Shown here: positions 55,457 through 64,000 of the stretch, piece after piece | How positions within the stretch are numbered: position 1 is the first letter of the stretch | Layout of the letters: every line of letters begins with the position of its first letter | Source of the DNA: Candidatus Latescibacterota bacterium | GTDB lineage: Bacteria; Latescibacterota; UBA2968 | DNA: 64,000 nucleotides | Assembly (NCBI GenBank): GCA_965204375.1 | Contig: OZ241986.1 | Span: forward strand, 5,728,001-5,792,000 | Direction: 5' to 3' | Notes under the pieces: generated by a model | Databases searched by the model: none | What the model was told of the DNA's origin: nothing | The model's input: only the letters and a program-made list of their open reading frames with translations | Position numbers and translations under genes: made by a program

Positions 55457-57004
55457 ATGAGATGGTTTTTAACAGTATTGTTGCTGTGGCCTCTGTGTGG
55501 GCAGACTGAGGAGAAAATATTGATGCAAATTGCGACGACGATTGATTTTGGCAAAGATGTGGGGCAGAACTGGGGTACGCTGTTTGAGGCGCGAGATGCA
55601 GAGGGTCGCGCGGTTTTGGGCGCGGGGTTTACAGGTGTGTATAATACGGCGTTTCGCATGGATCGATATACGTTGCAGTTTTTTGTGCGGGATGATGAAG
55701 CGGAGATGAATTTTGAGACGTTGCCGCCTTCGACGGAGGATGGGGGAAGTTATTTGTTCGATCTGGATGGCCGGGTGTACGCGTGTAGCTACCATCAGGA
55801 TCGGACTGTGAGAGCGTGGGACGATGTAGCAGGTGCCTGGCAGGTGGATGAGAGTTTTGGCGTGGGTGAGACGGTGAGCGGGGAGGGCAAGATGCAGGTT
55901 GGAGGGAAGGTGCTTCAGTTTAAGGGGGGTGAGGCGTGGTATGATGGGGAGCGGGTTCTCGCAAAACCGGTGTCCGGATATTACCATCATTTTTATTACG
56001 CGCTGGGCTATCTGACGTTTTTCTATAAGAACGAGGAGGTGGAACAGCCATACACGAAATTGTACGCAGTGCCCTATGTGCCGGGAGATGGGGCGGTTGA
56101 TCTGGGGAAAGCGGTGGTGCTCGATCTGAAGTACGATCGAGAGACGCCGTTTGCCATTGGGCAGCTTGGGAATGAGATTGTAAATTCGTCCAATATGGGC
56201 GGGATATATGCGTTCGACGGGGCGAGGTGGAAGGTGTTGCGCGCGTCATTGGAGGGGGTGAGTTTTCAGCTTTATTCGATGTTGAACTGGTATGATAAGT
56301 TGTTGATGGCGCAGTATCCAATGGGTAATTTGTTTATTTACGATGGGGAGGAGGTTCGTCACCTGAAGGATTGGCCGCCTGTGATGCCGGGGGTGTCGGA
56401 TAGGGTGCGAGAGGCACAGACAACGGGGTTTTACGGCGGGGATCTCTATGTGGGCGTTTGGCCGTGGTCCGAGTTGTGGCGGTACGATGCACACAGAGAT
56501 CGCTGGCAGTTTGTGAAGCGGATGTTCCGGCGTCCGCCAATTACAGATGAGATGAATCACCCGTGGGAAGATCGAGTTGTGGCGTATAATGAAGAACACG
56601 ATGGCGATATGGTGCTTAATAATTGGGGGCAGCGCGTGACGGGACTATCTCCGATGGGGGACGCGCTCTATCTTTCCGTGAGTGCTAAGGGGTGTCCCGA
56701 GCGAGATATGCGGCTTGCGTTTTTGCACGATGACGAGGTGTGGGATGAATACCGCGTGGTGCATCGATTAAAAAAGCCGGGGCATGTTTCTGTGCCGGTT
56801 GTGTGGCGCGAAGGGCCGACTACGCTTATGTTTACGGTTGGAGAGGCGGAGATCAGTGTCGTGCAGGATGGGAGGCTTTTGGGTTCGGCGCCAGTTCGAC
56901 GAGAACAGGCGGAGCGGGTGGTGGAGGGTGCCGAATTTCAGTGGGGATATGGGATGTATGGACCGCTGCGAGCGGAGTTGCAGTCAAAGGCGGTGGATCG
57001 GTAG
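55457..57004 (+). CDS. Secreted hypothetical protein, possibly beta-propeller
   Basis: Signal-like MRWFLTVLLLWPLCG; repeated Y.FDG..W / YDG / RYD...W beta motifs. Confidence 0.6.
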   Translation: MRWFLTVLLLWPLCGQTEEKILMQIATTIDFGKDVGQNWGTLFEARDAEGRAVLGAGFTGVYNTAFRMDRYTLQFFVRDDEAEMNFETLPPSTEDGGSYLFDLDGRVYACSYHQDRTVRAWDDVAGAWQVDESFGVGETVSGEGKMQVGGKVLQFKGGEAWYDGERVLAKPVSGYYHHFYYALGYLTFFYKNEEVEQPYTKLYAVPYVPGDGAVDLGKAVVLDLKYDRETPFAIGQLGNEIVNSSNMGGIYAFDGARWKVLRASLEGVSFQLYSMLNWYDKLLMAQYPMGNLFIYDGEEVRHLKDWPPVMPGVSDRVREAQTTGFYGGDLYVGVWPWSELWRYDAHRDRWQFVKRMFRRPPITDEMNHPWEDRVVAYNEEHDGDMVLNNWGQRVTGLSPMGDALYLSVSAKGCPERDMRLAFLHDDEVWDEYRVVHRLKKPGHVSVPVVWREGPTTLMFTVGEAEISVVQDGRLLGSAPVRREQAERVVEGAEFQWGYGMYGPLRAELQSKAVDR

Positions 57005-57061
57005 TTCGAGCAGGGATGGCGGTTTTTGTGGATAACCACATTCTAAATTTGGAGGAGATGC

Positions 57062-58111
57062 ATGGCTGTTACACGTGAGGATTTACAGGCCGCTATTGAT
57101 CAGTTCCCGCGTACGGAACTGGCTGATTTGCCGACGCGGTTGGACGATTGTCCGCGGTTTTCAGAGGCGCTGGATGGGAAGGTGCGGGTGATGGTGAAGC
57201 GGGATGATTTGACGGGGCTGGCTTTTGGAGGGAATAAGACGCGAAAGTTTGATCTGGCGCTGGGAGATGCGGTGGCGCAAGGGGCTACGGCGGTGATAAC
57301 GGGCGCGGCGTCACAGTCGAATCACGCGCGGCAGGCGGCGGCAGCGGCTGCCAGGCTGGGGATGAAGTGCGTGCTGGTGAATCGGCACGATCACCGCAGC
57401 CAGATGGGTATTCAGGGCAATCAGTTGCTGGACAATATTCTGGGGGCGGATGTGCGGCTGGTGGTGGATGGCGTGAATCAGAATGAGGTGAAGGAGCGGG
57501 TTGTGGCGGAACTGACGGCGCAGGGAGAGAAGCCCTATCTGATCGGGCAGCGTGCGGTGGTGTTGGGGACGTTGGCTTATGTGGGCTGTGTGCTGGAGAT
57601 TGTGGCGCAGCTTGAAGCGATGGATGCACGGGCGGATTTTATTTGTACCGCGTCCGGGCACGGGACACATGCGGGGTTGGCATTGGGGGTGAAAGCGCTG
57701 GGGTTGCCAATTCAGACGCAGGGGTTTTCGCCGAGCAAGGGGGATGAGGCGCAGCGGAAGGTGAGGCTGGCAGAGGTGGCCAACGAGGCGGCAGAGCTTT
57801 TGGAGTTGGATGTTCGGTTGCGGACAGAGGAGTTGGAAAATACGGATGCGTACGTGGGTGAGAATTATGGCATTGTGACTGAGGCAGGACTAAATGCATT
57901 GCATTTGCTGGCGCGGACAGAGGGTATATTGCTCGATCCGGTATATACGAGTAAGGCGATGTCAGGGGTGATTGATAGAATTCGGACGGGAGAGATTCCA
58001 GAGGGTTCTACAGTGGTGTACGTGCATACAGGTGGGAATCCAGCGCTGTTCGCGTATGCGCCAGAGTTGATTTCACATGGAGATTATCGGCAAAACCTCG
58101 TGACGAATTGA
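57062..58111 (+). CDS. D-cysteine desulfhydrase / ACC deaminase family PLP enzyme
   Basis: KRDDLTG..FGGNKTRK, QSNH, YG, EGILLDPVYTSKA, HTGG. Confidence 0.92.
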   Translation: MAVTREDLQAAIDQFPRTELADLPTRLDDCPRFSEALDGKVRVMVKRDDLTGLAFGGNKTRKFDLALGDAVAQGATAVITGAASQSNHARQAAAAAARLGMKCVLVNRHDHRSQMGIQGNQLLDNILGADVRLVVDGVNQNEVKERVVAELTAQGEKPYLIGQRAVVLGTLAYVGCVLEIVAQLEAMDARADFICTASGHGTHAGLALGVKALGLPIQTQGFSPSKGDEAQRKVRLAEVANEAAELLELDVRLRTEELENTDAYVGENYGIVTEAGLNALHLLARTEGILLDPVYTSKAMSGVIDRIRTGEIPEGSTVVYVHTGGNPALFAYAPELISHGDYRQNLVTN

Positions 58112-58153
58112 AGCGGGCTCTAGAACTGGAGGCGAATTGGGTTTGTCTGTTTC

Positions 58154-58849
58154 TCATTGATAGACACCATCGATAAGCGTCTTTCCAAATTCTGCGACAA
58201 ACAAAAGAAAATCGCTAATACTTATTGTTCCATCAAAATCTAAATCGCCATGTCTCGCCCTGAAAAGAGAGTCTTGTGTCGCGGTAAAAATAGGAGCTAT
58301 GCGGTTCGGGTCATTCCACACGCCCTTGTTTTGGGCCTTTGCTTCCTTTTGTGCTGATACAAACTCATTTCGCTTTTCGTATTCGTGTTCAACGTCAGCT
58401 ACGCCATATCCCTGCCTTACCAATTCAAGGTTAAACAAAACGCCGTCCAAATACACATAAACGAGCAACCTGTCAAAAGCGTCTTTTTGCTGGTGGTCAA
58501 AAGATAATTTTACTTTTTTTCCGTACAGTCTTTGTCGTGTGTATTCTTTCGCTTCGGGGCCGTAAAAACCAACGGGTTCGAATGGGTGATTTGTCTCTGG
58601 CGTATCTACTCCTAACAAGCGCACGGTCACTGTGTATTTTAAATGCGTAACGTCTATTGTATCGCCGTCTTTCACGTCGGTTACTGTAAAATACACGTCG
58701 TCAAGGTCAACGCATCCAGAAGGCGCATGGCAATGGTAGGTGTTATCCGATGTGTCAAAGTGACCGCCCTGTGAATCTTGCCCGCCTCCGTGGGCAATCG
58801 CTAATGAAACAAAACAAAACAAATTACCAAATATCAAAATCTTTTTCAT
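58154..58849 (-). CDS. Secreted thermonuclease (SNase) with N-terminal YHYH-like and C-terminal dockerin/EF-hand-like domains
   Basis: Signal peptide; HGGG.D..GGH...YHCH; DGDTI, VRLLGVDTPE, D.F.RLL.YV, A.....G.W; GDLDFDGTISISDF. Confidence 0.85.
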   Translation of the reverse strand: MKKILIFGNLFCFVSLAIAHGGGQDSQGGHFDTSDNTYHCHAPSGCVDLDDVYFTVTDVKDGDTIDVTHLKYTVTVRLLGVDTPETNHPFEPVGFYGPEAKEYTRQRLYGKKVKLSFDHQQKDAFDRLLVYVYLDGVLFNLELVRQGYGVADVEHEYEKRNEFVSAQKEAKAQNKGVWNDPNRIAPIFTATQDSLFRARHGDLDFDGTISISDFLLFVAEFGKTLIDGVYQ

Positions 58850-58879
58850 GTTTCTACTCGTTTCTCAAAAATAGCAACT

Positions 58880-60406
58880 CTAAGCGTTTATTTCGCCTTT
58901 TAACCGCAGGCCGCGTGATACAAACACGCGCTCAAACAACTCGAACAGTCCCTGTACAATGAGCGCCAGCAATGCCGCAGGTACAGCCCCTTGTAAAATT
59001 AGACCGATATCGTCTAACCGAATCCCCGTTAAAATGGGTTGCCCATATCCCCCAGCGCCAATTAACGCCCCCAAAGTCGCTGTGCCCACATTGATCACAG
59101 CCGACGTTTTGATGCCCGCCAAAATCGACCGCGAGGCCATGGGTAATGTCACCAATCGAAGTTGTGCCCAGTCGGACAAACCCAATGCTGTAGCTGATTC
59201 TCGTATCCCCACTGGAATATCGTGCAGTCCCGCGTATGTATTTCGCACTATGGGCAGCAAACTGTACAAAAACAGCGCCACGATCGCAGGTGCCCCGCCA
59301 ATACCCAAAAACGGAATCATAAACACCAGCAGAGCCAGAGATGGAATGGTCTGGATAATGCCCACCAATCCCAAAATAATTTGTCCACCTCTTGCCCATC
59401 GGAATGCCACAATTCCCAGGGGAATTGACACCAGAATCGCCCCGAAAAGAGAAATTCCTACCAGGGCCAAATGATCCCATGTGTGCCGCCAGAATCGAGT
59501 GCCAGCAGTTTCTTTTTTTATTTTTATCTGTACATTGAGATTTTTAGCCAAAAAATTGGCCGCAACCTGGGCTTCTGGCTTTTTCTCCAATTTGACCTGT
59601 GCATTCATGACCATCATTTTTTTTTCTGAAATCAGCCCCTCTAATTTTAAAATTTCCTTTACTACTTGAGGTGCTCGATCTATCAAATCTACCCGATAGA
59701 CAATGACGGCATTGTAAATGGGGAAATGCTGCAGGTCATCCACCAGTGACCGCAACCCGTAATACTGGATCTCGGCATCTGTCGAATACATATCCATTAC
59801 GTCAATTGTACCACTCTCCAACCCGCGATAGGCCAAATCGTGGTCCAATCCACTCACATTCTGATGCGGGAGCACATACCGGTTCCTCAAACTCGGCCAC
59901 CCATCTCCTCTATCCATAAACTCGTTGCCAAATCCCAACTTCAAGTCTGGATGTTTCTTTAAATCCGAAATCGTCCGGATTCCCAGCGCTTCAGCCCTTG
60001 TTTCCAGCATGCCCAGTACGTATGTATTGTTAAATCCCAAAGGCCGACTCATCACAAGGCCCATCTCCGCCAACCGGGCGCGAATATCCGCTTCATTACT
60101 CAAATTTTCTCCCGCCAGAATCTCCCGACTCAGGGTACCTGTATAATCCGGATAAAGATCAATATCGCCCGCAATCAGTGCATTCCACAACACCCGCGTT
60201 CCTCCCAACTCGCGCCGATGCGTAACCGATGCGTTTACACTGCGCCCGATATGAGATAGCACTTCACCCAAAACGACCGACTCAGTGAACTTCTTTGATC
60301 CCACAACAATCTCTTGTGCCTGGGCTGATGTGCAGAACAAAAAGGAAAGTAGAATACACAGGGTGGTGAATTTCACTGACGTTGTGGTGTCGTGCAGGCG
60401 CGTCAT
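58880..60406 (-). CDS. Osmoprotectant (glycine betaine/choline-type) ABC substrate-binding protein fused to permease
   Basis: VGSKKFTES, YPDYTGT, FNNTY, YSTDA; TIPSLAL, LLPIVRNT, GAGGYG. Confidence 0.92.
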   Translation of the reverse strand: MTRLHDTTTSVKFTTLCILLSFLFCTSAQAQEIVVGSKKFTESVVLGEVLSHIGRSVNASVTHRRELGGTRVLWNALIAGDIDLYPDYTGTLSREILAGENLSNEADIRARLAEMGLVMSRPLGFNNTYVLGMLETRAEALGIRTISDLKKHPDLKLGFGNEFMDRGDGWPSLRNRYVLPHQNVSGLDHDLAYRGLESGTIDVMDMYSTDAEIQYYGLRSLVDDLQHFPIYNAVIVYRVDLIDRAPQVVKEILKLEGLISEKKMMVMNAQVKLEKKPEAQVAANFLAKNLNVQIKIKKETAGTRFWRHTWDHLALVGISLFGAILVSIPLGIVAFRWARGGQIILGLVGIIQTIPSLALLVFMIPFLGIGGAPAIVALFLYSLLPIVRNTYAGLHDIPVGIRESATALGLSDWAQLRLVTLPMASRSILAGIKTSAVINVGTATLGALIGAGGYGQPILTGIRLDDIGLILQGAVPAALLALIVQGLFELFERVFVSRGLRLKGEINA

Positions 60407-61161
60407 TTCACTATCTCTCCCGGCGCCATACTTTCCAACGGATTTCTCTGCGCATGAATAAACTGCGTCACAAATTCATGCGCCGGGTTCTGCATCAATT
60501 TTTTCAAGCTTCCAATCTGAACAATCTTCCCTTCCCGCATCAATACAATCTGATCTCCGAAGAATCCCGCCTCGCCCATATCGTGTGTCACCATTACTAC
60601 TGTTTTGCCCAATGTCTGAAATATCGAACGCAGATCCGATTGCAAATCCGCCCGAATCATCGGATCCAGGGCACCGAGCGGTTCGTCTAATAGCAATACG
60701 TCCGGGTCCAACATCAATGCCCGCATCAATCCCACGCGCTGTTGCTGACCACCTGACAATTCTCCTGGAAATCGTTCCAATCCATCTGCTGGAAAATGCG
60801 TTAAAGCTGCCAATGTCTCGATCCGAGAGTCGATCCGATCCTCTGCCCAACCCAGATAATTTGCCATTAACGCTACATTTTTTCGCGATGTTAAATGCGG
60901 AAACAAGCCTCCCTCTTGTATCACATAACCCATCTTTTGCCGCAGAGACAACACATTTGCTGGCGTCAGAGCTTGTCCTTTATAACTAACCGTGCCTTCG
61001 TCGGGCCAGATCAGTCCCACCATCAATCGAATTAAGGTTGATTTGCCACATCCACTCGGCCCAATTAACACCGTCGTCTGTTTAGCCTGCACACTCAGGT
61101 CAACTTCGCGCAGCGCCTGCAAATCGCCAAATGTTTTCGAAACACCTGTCACCTCAAACAT
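60403..61161 (-). CDS. Osmoprotectant ABC ATP-binding protein
   Basis: GPSGCGKST, GYVIQ.GGLFPH, LSGGQQQR, LDEPLGALDP, VTHD. Confidence 0.92.
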   Translation of the reverse strand: MFEVTGVSKTFGDLQALREVDLSVQAKQTTVLIGPSGCGKSTLIRLMVGLIWPDEGTVSYKGQALTPANVLSLRQKMGYVIQEGGLFPHLTSRKNVALMANYLGWAEDRIDSRIETLAALTHFPADGLERFPGELSGGQQQRVGLMRALMLDPDVLLLDEPLGALDPMIRADLQSDLRSIFQTLGKTVVMVTHDMGEAGFFGDQIVLMREGKIVQIGSLKKLMQNPAHEFVTQFIHAQRNPLESMAPGEIVK

Positions 61162-62123
61162 AACGTCTCCGTTTGCACGTGGTTTCTCAACATCAATTCC
61201 ATGGGATATGGGTTTAAGTAGGTTTGCTCGTGTACCCAGTCTGGTACGCGGTTGCGGTTGAGATGGTGTTTTAATAATGTGATTGGCACGATGAGAGGTA
61301 GCAGTCGCTGGCGATAGGATTCAAATACGTCGAGCAGTTCTTTTTTGTCCGCGGTGGTCAGTCCGTTTTTTATAAATCCCATCAAGTGCATCAATACGTT
61401 TACGTGTTTGCCCGGTGTGCTCATTACTTTCAGGCCCTCCATTAGCAATTTGCCGTATTGAAGCGCTATATCTTCGCTGGAAGACTGTGCGACCAGTTGG
61501 CCCAACTCGCTGTAGTGTTTTGGGCTGTGTGATAGAAGGCTCATTTTGATTCCGGTGTGAAATTTTACCAGACTACCGGGCGTTGGATTATGGGTCAACA
61601 TTTGCTGCCATCGGTAATAGACAAATGCGCGTTCGATAAAATTTTCCCGCAAAGGCAGATCATTTAGCCGACCTTCTTCTTCGATGGGCAATAAGGGGAA
61701 CCGGGCTGTCAATGCTTTTGCAAATAGCCCGCGCCCATTGCGCGTGGGTATCTGCGTTTTTGTATCAAATACCCTTACGCGAAATAACCCACAACTCGGC
61801 GAATCTTTTTTGAGTATATACCCATGTAAGTTCAGGTCTGTCAGTTCGTTGAGTCGTTTTTCTGCCCATGTCTGCATACCAACGGTGTGATCTGTGCCCG
61901 ATTTTGGGGCAATGAGTTGCGGTGATTCCGCGTCGCCCTCGAGCCGGATGGTTTCTCGTGGAATGCCCATTCCCATTTCCACTTCTGGACATACTGGTAT
62001 CCACTCGACGTAATTGCTCAATACGGTTGTCAAAAATGGCATGTGTTTGTGACCACCATTGTATCGCACTTCTTCGCCGAGCAGACACGCGCTCACGCCG
62101 AGCCTCAGTTTTGATGTTTGCAT
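61149..62123 (-). CDS. DUF523 + DUF1722 protein (YbgA-like)
   Basis: GVSACLLGEEVRYNGGH, VCPEVE.G, KDSPSCG, EEEGRLND, H.NVLMHL.G, YLNPYP.EL.LRNH. Start trimmed to ATG 62123. Confidence 0.88.
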   Translation of the reverse strand: MQTSKLRLGVSACLLGEEVRYNGGHKHMPFLTTVLSNYVEWIPVCPEVEMGMGIPRETIRLEGDAESPQLIAPKSGTDHTVGMQTWAEKRLNELTDLNLHGYILKKDSPSCGLFRVRVFDTKTQIPTRNGRGLFAKALTARFPLLPIEEEGRLNDLPLRENFIERAFVYYRWQQMLTHNPTPGSLVKFHTGIKMSLLSHSPKHYSELGQLVAQSSSEDIALQYGKLLMEGLKVMSTPGKHVNVLMHLMGFIKNGLTTADKKELLDVFESYRQRLLPLIVPITLLKHHLNRNRVPDWVHEQTYLNPYPMELMLRNHVQTETLCLR

Positions 62124-62134
62124 TTCTGTGTTCC

Positions 62135-63166
62135 TCACAGACCCACTGTGCTCGATGCGAGCCACAAATGGGGATGTGTTTCCAATATCAAATCTGCTAC
62201 TTTTTGCACGGCCTTTTTTACCCCCCAGGTGGGGCGTGGCTGACCCATTGGTGCCAGTCTGAGCAATAGCTGATTGTTTTTGCGAAATAAGAGGGATATG
62301 CCGAAATACTGGGCGAGTTCTCCTTCGCGTACCATGACTGAGATGAGGCCGTGATTGTCGGGCAGTTGGCAGTAGATGTCTGTCATCTTAATCACGGTCT
62401 GCATATCCCGATGGTTTTCGCGCCACACTTGATCTGTGGCATGTTCGATAAGTGTCAGAATATCTTTGCGTTGGTATGCGCCTTCTAATACGATATTTGG
62501 CATTTTTCCTACCTTTTGAATGCGCGTTTCGACTGATAGTTCCGATTCCCGACGCCAGACAAAATAGTGGATGGGTACGCCCGCATCTATTGCCTTTTGT
62601 TCGTATTTGGTTGGGGTACGTCCGGGCAACTGGTGAACAGATGAGGTTTCGTAAATAGATTGCAGGTGCGATTGTCGCGTCAATATATCGGTGATCCAGG
62701 CTGCGTAGTCTGCGTGGTCTGTCGCTATGGTTACTTCGCCACCCGGTTTTAAGCGCTCGGCCAGTATTTTTACAAACACATCTTGAATCAGACGCCGATT
62801 GTGGTGTCGCTCTTTGGGCCATGGATCTGAGAAATTGATCCATATCTCCGATAGGGATTGCGGGGCAAATACGTGTTGTAATAAAAATGCGGCGTCGCCC
62901 TCTATTGCGCGCACGTGATTTAATTTCAGGGCGTTTAACCGCTTGAATAATCGACGCATGGATCCCCAGGCGCGTTCGATTCCGACAAAACACGCATCGG
63001 AACGCGCTGCTGCCATATCGGATAGAAAATGCCCATTGCCAAATCCGATTTCGAGCAAGAGATCGTCTGGCCGATCAAAAATCTGTTGCCAGTCTATCGG
63101 CCAATCCAGTTGCAGCCATGGGACTGTGTATTTTTGTATTTCCGCGCTTAACGGTAGAGACATCAT
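62135..63166 (-). CDS. trmB: tRNA (guanine-N7)-methyltransferase with C-terminal extension
   Basis: LEIGFGNG, NFSDPWPKERH..RRL, ATDHADY, TKYE.K. Confidence 0.9.
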   Translation of the reverse strand: MMSLPLSAEIQKYTVPWLQLDWPIDWQQIFDRPDDLLLEIGFGNGHFLSDMAAARSDACFVGIERAWGSMRRLFKRLNALKLNHVRAIEGDAAFLLQHVFAPQSLSEIWINFSDPWPKERHHNRRLIQDVFVKILAERLKPGGEVTIATDHADYAAWITDILTRQSHLQSIYETSSVHQLPGRTPTKYEQKAIDAGVPIHYFVWRRESELSVETRIQKVGKMPNIVLEGAYQRKDILTLIEHATDQVWRENHRDMQTVIKMTDIYCQLPDNHGLISVMVREGELAQYFGISLLFRKNNQLLLRLAPMGQPRPTWGVKKAVQKVADLILETHPHLWLASSTVGL

Positions 63167-63177
63167 GTGTTATACCT

Positions 63178-63316
63178 GCGAATCGGCGAATCAGCGAATC
63201 AACGAATCAACGAATCAACGAATCAACGATAGCAGTTGGGGGTAGGGTGGGGTTCGTCTATTCGTCTATGAACTGGCCTGAGAGGCGGCCAGTTGTACCC
63301 CGCTCCGTCTATTCGT
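63178..63316 (-). repeat. Octamer-arm hairpin repeat, copy 2, with embedded 38-nt hairpin
   Basis: (RCGAATCR)x6 at 63178-63225, core shared with 19566, TTCGTCTA units, AACTGGCC-N8-GGCCAGTT (63271-63294). Confidence 0.88.
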
Positions 63317-63320
63317 TTTT

Positions 63321-64000
63321 TTATCTCCGGATTTCGGTAAAGCGTTTGACCTGAGCCGTCATAGCCACTTCCGTCGGCAGGCGTTCCATTGAGCTGGCGC
63401 CGTAGAATCCATCGACTTCGGGGACCCGTTCAAGGATGTAAGAGGCGTCTTCTGGTTCGGCAATAGGCCCGCCGTGGCAAAGTGTGATTACATCGTCCCG
63501 GATCGATTTGCAGGCATTGCAAATCGCCTTTACTTCTTCCACGCAGTCATCAAGCGTTTTTGCCGTGTGCGCGCCAATTGTGCCCTTGGTTGTCAATCCC
63601 ATGTGCGCCACCACAATATCGGCGCCTGCTTCTGTCATGAGTTGTCCTTCTTCGACATTGAACGCATAGGGCGTTGTCAGCATGTCCATTTCATGGGCTG
63701 CTGCGATCATTTCCACTTCGAGGTGATAGCCCATTCCCGTTTCTTCCAGATTGGCGCGAAATAATCCGTCAATGAGTCCCACTGTTGGAAAATTTTGAAT
63801 CCCCGCGAAGCCCAGTTCTCCCAGTTCTCGCAAGAAGTGATCCCGCAACATGAATGGATCTGTCCCATTCACCCCGGCGAGTACGGGGGTGTGTTCTACT
63901 GCTGTGATGACTTCATAAGCCATTTCTTTTACTATTTCGTTGGCATTGCCATAGGCCAGGACGCCTGAGAGCGATCCTCGCCCCGCCATGCGATAGCGTC
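63321..64000 (-). CDS. Phosphoenolpyruvate hydrolase-like TIM-barrel family protein (5' end outside the window)
   Basis: [50 protein letters not shown]. The frame stays open to the window edge. Confidence 0.85.
   Translation of the reverse strand, partial: RYRMAGRGSLSGVLAYGNANEIVKEMAYEVITAVEHTPVLAGVNGTDPFMLRDHFLRELGELGFAGIQNFPTVGLIDGLFRANLEETGMGYHLEVEMIAAAHEMDMLTTPYAFNVEEGQLMTEAGADIVVAHMGLTTKGTIGAHTAKTLDDCVEEVKAICNACKSIRDDVITLCHGGPIAEPEDASYILERVPEVDGFYGASSMERLPTEVAMTAQVKRFTEIRR

Noticed and set aside
62135-62510. TrmB C-terminal extension as a novelty
   Set aside because: Long C-terminal extensions are known in some TrmB proteins (Thermus/Thermotoga type); nothing further can be supported here.
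1-64000. tRNA, rRNA, integrase, transposase or prophage genes
   Set aside because: No cloverleaf, rRNA-like stretch or recombinase/transposase motif seen; intergenic gaps are short and mostly explained.

Overview
Bacterial chromosomal window with about 56 CDS and no rRNA, tRNA or CRISPR array that I can support. Housekeeping genes (argG partial, truC-like, FKBP PPIase, pyrH, purD, purE, glcB, coaX, trmB) are interleaved with many catabolic accessory genes (four Gfo/Idh/MocA, two PhyH dioxygenases, sulfatase, heparinase II/III-like, enolase-family, C45, HAD). This gene mix and a C-terminal 'GDLDFDGTISISDFLLFVAEFGK' domain suggest a Latescibacterota/Gemmatimonadota-like organism (inference only). 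There is a polyamine-type ABC operon split by an islet carrying an AAA-ATPase/PD-(D/E)XK gene and a decayed TA module, an osmoprotectant ABC pair in a segment of reversed strand skew, an orphan DNA methyltransferase abutting a truncated PIN toxin, and a MoxR / GXGXG beta-helix / vWA three-gene module. The most unusual signal is non-coding. Several 7-9-nt tandem-repeat families sit in same-strand gene junctions, polarised with transcription, and can pair as periodic hairpins. Some are bracketed by duplications of the upstream gene's 3' end (clearest: 25 bp at 37883/37943) and rewrite C-termini. Two of them, built from different repeat units, embed the same 38-nt hairpin with two compensatory base-pair changes (47634-47671 + and 63269-63306 -). 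Family assignments come from motif recognition, not database searches.
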